Below are positions 54,772-58,251 of a stretch of DNA of 58,251 bases, in pieces; within the stretch, counting starts at the first letter, position 1; each line of letters begins with the position of its first letter. This stretch comes from an uncultured archaeon. Its GTDB lineage: Archaea; Thermoplasmatota; Poseidoniia; MGIII; CG-Epi1. The DNA lies in assembly GCA_964651915.1 (NCBI GenBank), contig CAZYZI010000002.1, positions 1,559-59,809 on the forward strand, written 5' to 3'. Made by a program: the position numbers and the translations under genes. The notes beneath the pieces were generated by a model. It saw only the letters and a program-made list of their open reading frames with translations, had not been told where the DNA came from and searched no databases.

Positions 54772-55116
54772 TTAATGTTTCCAAATGTGTCCGGTGTCAT
54801 CCAAATCGAAAACTGAACGTAAAAGTTCATCCGAAAACTTCTTGCCAAGAGCATCTGCAGCATCATAGTATGATTTCAGAACTTCCATATCTACTTCACT
54901 TTTTTCAGTATCAAAACCAACTTTAATGTCAAAATGGAAATTTACTTCAGATTCTTTTTCATCTAAATCAAACGATCTTAGATAACCAGCTTCCAATAAT
55001 AATTCTCCTAAATCAATCAACTTCTTACCACGTTCTGTGCTGAATATCTCAAAGCTTACTTTGGCCATATCCTTTGGATTAGAGTCTACTATAAGTCTGT
55101 GTTTGCCATCTTGCAC
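54772..55116 (-). CDS. Hypothetical acidic protein
   Basis: 114-aa ORF downstream of the EVE gene. The alternative start at 55068 avoids the overlap. No recognised family. Confidence 0.5.
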   Translation of the reverse strand: MQDGKHRLIVDSNPKDMAKVSFEIFSTERGKKLIDLGELLLEAGYLRSFDLDEKESEVNFHFDIKVGFDTEKSEVDMEVLKSYYDAADALGKKFSDELLRSVFDLDDTGHIWKH

Positions 55117-55556
55117 ACTTCATCGAAATGTTCTTTGTCTACTGGTTGTACTGATAATCTTTGGCCGCGCTTGATTACAAGCATCCCTTCTAAGCCATCA
55201 TTATCCTTCAATTGATCCAGCGTCACCATTTCATCGAACTTAGTTACTGGTTCCATATCTACCAAAAACCATCTAGGTACTTCTTCTGTGGCTTTAGGGT
55301 CATAGTATTTTGATTTCTTATCGAATTGTGTGATGTCAGGATATGATTCTTTACAAATCTTAGAAATCCCTGCAATATGTGGTGGTTTAGTGTTAGAATG
55401 ATAATAGAGAACCATATCGCCTATCTTCATCTTATCTCGCATGAAATTTCGAGCTTGATAATTCCGAACTCCATCCCAATGAGTACTGCCGTCTTTCATT
55501 AGATCATCAAAAGAATAAACATGAGGCTCGCTTTTCATCAACCAATAATTTGGCAT
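55089..55556 (-). CDS. EVE (PUA-like, THYN1-type) domain protein
   Basis: MPNYWLMKSEPHVYSFDDL...WDGVRNYQARNFMRDKMKIGDMVLYYHSN is the canonical EVE N-terminal pattern. Confidence 0.85.
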   Translation of the reverse strand: MPNYWLMKSEPHVYSFDDLMKDGSTHWDGVRNYQARNFMRDKMKIGDMVLYYHSNTKPPHIAGISKICKESYPDITQFDKKSKYYDPKATEEVPRWFLVDMEPVTKFDEMVTLDQLKDNDGLEGMLVIKRGQRLSVQPVDKEHFDEVCKMANTDL

Positions 55557-58251
55557 TATTTAGTTAATTCCTTAGCCTGTTTAACCCATTCGTCGCGCTT
55601 GACTCTTCCTGGGAAGAATTCAATTGCAACATTTACTTCCTCTTCTAAATCGGGAGTCATTCGAGCAATCTGCACAAACATATAGATTCCTAAAGCATTG
55701 AGTTTTTCTTCGATGAACGGTCCAATTCCTTTGATTACTTGTAGGTCATCTTTTGCAACAACAATAGATGCTGCGACAAATGCTCTAGTTAATCCTCCAA
55801 TTCCAAGCAATGCATTTCCTTTCTTACTCGTCCAAGTAATAATTTCACTTCCATCTGAATCTGTGATAGTCGCAGTTCCTTTCTTTTCGAAAGCTGAAGC
55901 ATCTTCCAAATCAATTTCACTTGCATCTTTCTCTACTGGTTTAGATAATGTGCTGCTCGTTGCCTCACCTAAAACTTCAAAATCAATTTTTTCTGAGCGT
56001 GCTTTAACTCTTTCAAGTTCTTTTTCCTTCTTTTCTTCTTTAGTTAATGGAACTTCTTCAATCGGTTCTGACTCTTCCTTCGCTACGTCAACGGCCCAAC
56101 TGAGATAAACTGAAGCAGTACCTAACTTGATTAGACCCTCATACTCAGCACCATCTGTGCTTGGTTTATCATCCTTGAAATTAACACGGAATTTGATTTT
56201 ATCATCATCATCTGCGACAAGCGCTGATTGCCTACCTATTTCATTTGGATCAGAAACTATCGCAAATCTTTTGCCATTTTCTTTGAGGTCCAAATCTTGC
56301 ATGTTTACAATTCCACCTGATTTCAAACCAGATATTGTAATAACTTGTTTAGAAGAAATTTCTTCTCCTGGTTCAAGTCCTTTAGCTGGCGTAATTACAA
56401 ACGGATCCATCTTAGTTCCTGCGCCACCATCAAATTTAGGTTTGGAAGATGTGTTTTCAGGTTCAGGATTAGATGTTGCTACTACTTCTGATTCTTCTTC
56501 TTCCTTCTCTGTCTCTTCACTCTTTTCAGAAACATGAATGAATGCCTCGCCTTTGAATTTACCATCAGAATGCTTCATCACAACTTCGTACTTATATTCT
56601 CCAACTTTCTTTGGATGTCCTGAAATTATTCCTGTCTTCGAATCTATTTCTAAACCTTCAACTAAATCTCCTGAAATACCATAAGTAACTCTTCTCAAAT
56701 CTTCATACTTCATGTAACTTCTGTAATTCTTTGCATATTCATGCAATGAAGGAACCATGCGAATCTTCGCATCACCATCACCAATTGTGTAGTCTACATG
56801 TGCTGGACCATAGATTAGTGCATTGTCATATTGCCTCTTGAGAAGAGGAATTAGAAGAAGTAAGAGAAGTAGTAAAATCCAACAACACGTAGTTTTCCAG
56901 TCGCCAGCTGAAGTAGAGGTACTGCCTGTTGAAGCTACGCCTTGTAGCATATCATTGGTACCGTCACCATCTGAATCTGCAGGATTTCCTGTTGCATCTG
57001 GATTATATTCATCCTTGTCTAAAATTCCATCCTTATCAAAATCACCGTTAGCATTTGTGGGCAATGGATCCCAAGCATCTGGAATTCCATCATCATCTGT
57101 ATCGACTATCAATGGGCTCGAACCAAGTGCTGCCTCTTCGTCATCCGAAAGGCCGTCGTTGTCATCATCAGTATCTTCATTGTTACCAGTACCATCACCA
57201 TCCGTGTCTAACCATTCAGCTGCATTTGTTGGAAATGCATCTTCTGTATCATTGTATCCATCGCCATCATCATCAGGGTCAGTGCTATCTGGATCGAAAT
57301 CTCCATCAGTATCTAGTGGTGTACTTGTGAAATTCAACGGGTCTGAACCTTCCGCTATCTCGACCGTGTCGTTGTAACCATCGCCGTCATCATCAGTGTC
57401 AGCATTGTTTCCAACTTCATCTCCATCTGTATCCTCCCATTCATTAATGTCATCAGGGAACGCGTCGAAATCATCTGCGATTCCGTCACCGTCTCTATCC
57501 TCAACCTCACATATCTGTATCTCGTTAACTGTGACATTGAATGGGCCGTCACAATAGCCATCATCATCTGTGTCTGGATCTAATGGATCTGTTTCGCCTT
57601 CATCTACAGTGCCATTCCCATTTGCATCTTCTACAATATCATCCAACCCGTCATTATCATCATCTGGATCCGCATTGTCGCCTATACCGTCCCCATCATT
57701 GTCTGCCCAATCGTTTGGATCAGTTGGGAATAAATCTGGACCTACTTCACAAATGCCCTCGACAGCGATTAAACCGTCACAATAGCCATCATCATCTGTA
57801 TCAGCTTTCAACGGATCTGTGGCTGGGTCTGATGATTCCTCCGTAGTATCATTCAAACCATCATTATCGTCGTCTGTGTCTTCATTATTTCCAATACCAT
57901 CTCCATCAGTGTCAAACCATTCTGTATCATTAGTTGGGAATAAATCCGGACCGGCCTCACATATTCCTTCGACAGCATTTGGTCCATCACAATAGCCATC
58001 GTCATCTGTGTCTGGATCTAATGGATCTGTAACTGGGTCTGATGATTCCTCCGTAGTATCATTCAAACCATCATTATCATCATCTGTATCTGCATTATTG
58101 CCAATACCATCTCCATCAGTGTCAAACCATTCTGTAGCATTAGTTGGGAATAAATCCGGACCGGCCTCACATATTCCCTCTACTGCAATTGAACCGTCAC
58201 AATAGCCATCATCATCGGTATCAGCTTTCAACGGATCTGTGGCTGGGTCAG
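55556..58251 (-). CDS. Large membrane-spanning surface protein (5' end outside the window): TSP3-like Ca-binding repeats, one TM, Ig-like segment, C-terminal HhH domain (COG3743 type)
   Basis: The frame is open to the window edge (...DPATDPLKADTDDDG). Repeated DTDGDGIGNNADTDDDNDGLND. TM CCWILLLLLLLLIPLL. C-terminus DDLQVIKGIGPFIEEKLNALGIYMFVQIA...GRVKRDEWVKQAKEL. Confidence 0.88.
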   Translation of the reverse strand, partial: DPATDPLKADTDDDGYCDGSIAVEGICEAGPDLFPTNATEWFDTDGDGIGNNADTDDDNDGLNDTTEESSDPVTDPLDPDTDDDGYCDGPNAVEGICEAGPDLFPTNDTEWFDTDGDGIGNNEDTDDDNDGLNDTTEESSDPATDPLKADTDDDGYCDGLIAVEGICEVGPDLFPTDPNDWADNDGDGIGDNADPDDDNDGLDDIVEDANGNGTVDEGETDPLDPDTDDDGYCDGPFNVTVNEIQICEVEDRDGDGIADDFDAFPDDINEWEDTDGDEVGNNADTDDDGDGYNDTVEIAEGSDPLNFTSTPLDTDGDFDPDSTDPDDDGDGYNDTEDAFPTNAAEWLDTDGDGTGNNEDTDDDNDGLSDDEEAALGSSPLIVDTDDDGIPDAWDPLPTNANGDFDKDGILDKDEYNPDATGNPADSDGDGTNDMLQGVASTGSTSTSAGDWKTTCCWILLLLLLLLIPLLKRQYDNALIYGPAHVDYTIGDGDAKIRMVPSLHEYAKNYRSYMKYEDLRRVTYGISGDLVEGLEIDSKTGIISGHPKKVGEYKYEVVMKHSDGKFKGEAFIHVSEKSEETEKEEEESEVVATSNPEPENTSSKPKFDGGAGTKMDPFVITPAKGLEPGEEISSKQVITISGLKSGGIVNMQDLDLKENGKRFAIVSDPNEIGRQSALVADDDDKIKFRVNFKDDKPSTDGAEYEGLIKLGTASVYLSWAVDVAKEESEPIEEVPLTKEEKKEKELERVKARSEKIDFEVLGEATSSTLSKPVEKDASEIDLEDASAFEKKGTATITDSDGSEIITWTSKKGNALLGIGGLTRAFVAASIVVAKDDLQVIKGIGPFIEEKLNALGIYMFVQIARMTPDLEEEVNVAIEFFPGRVKRDEWVKQAKELTK
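57590..58251 (-). repeat. Near-identical about 210-nt in-frame tandem repeats (70-aa modules), at least 3 copies and continuing past the window edge
   Basis: Blocks starting cacaatagccatc at about 57778, 57988 and 58198 share long identical runs. An example is ggtctgatgattcctccgtagtatcattcaaaccatcattatc. Confidence 0.8.

Noticed and set aside
55698-57846. Long plus-strand Ser-rich ORFs (136-184 aa) opposite the HhH/TSP3 surface protein gene
   Set aside because: They are antisense to an ORF of more than 890 aa with clear domains. Their Ser/Pro-rich translations reflect the complement of Asp/Glu/Gly codons.

Overview
AT-rich, densely packed chromosomal segment. Its content is archaeal: ABCE1, archaeal-type CCA-adding enzyme, RibL FAD synthetase, RadB, uS15 (S13e type), class-III-signal pilins, a PGF-CTERM sorting signal, and a tRNA-Gln with an A1-U72 pair. 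The many secreted, acidic, Ca-binding-type surface proteins suggest a marine planktonic euryarchaeote (Marine Group II / Poseidoniales-like); that placement is inference only. I call about 60 protein genes, one tRNA-Gln(UUG) and one candidate structured ncRNA. Housekeeping genes are purM, aconitase, folD, ABCE1, the riboflavin operon ribH-ribE-ribL-ribB, pyrG, trxB, trmI, rps15, cca, gpmA, an M32 carboxypeptidase, radB and a PduO-type adenosyltransferase. Accessory content is interleaved with them. (1) A tightly coupled plus-strand operon (about 30.1-36.3 kb) joins a TAT-exported Rieske protein and a split b6-type cytochrome b to an HdrD-like module and a flavodoxin/ferredoxin fusion. The HdrD-like module is a 2x[4Fe-4S] domain fused to the cytochrome b C-terminal subunit plus a CCG-domain protein. 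This is my top candidate for an undescribed respiratory or electron-bifurcating complex. (2) A GC-rich intergenic island (about 54.32-54.67 kb) has 10 exact GGAAAC motifs on the minus strand, bracketed by two UUCG-loop hairpins. It looks like a modular, sponge-like ncRNA. (3) There are three type IV filament loci: a compact Tad-like module at 0.16-2.7 kb, a 7-gene locus at 19.3-26.1 kb with a 742-aa ATPase carrying a long charged tail, and tandem pilin paralogues at 37.5-38.6 kb with a conserved leader. (4) Three giant acidic surface proteins are present: one with a PGF-CTERM, one with a PNGase F-like domain, and one with near-identical 210-nt tandem repeats plus a helix-hairpin-helix (HhH) domain. 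(5) A split OGFOD1/Tpa1-like prolyl hydroxylase pair and a RusA-family resolvase sit in housekeeping context. All functional calls rest on motif recognition by eye from the supplied translations. No database search, HMM or folding computation was run.
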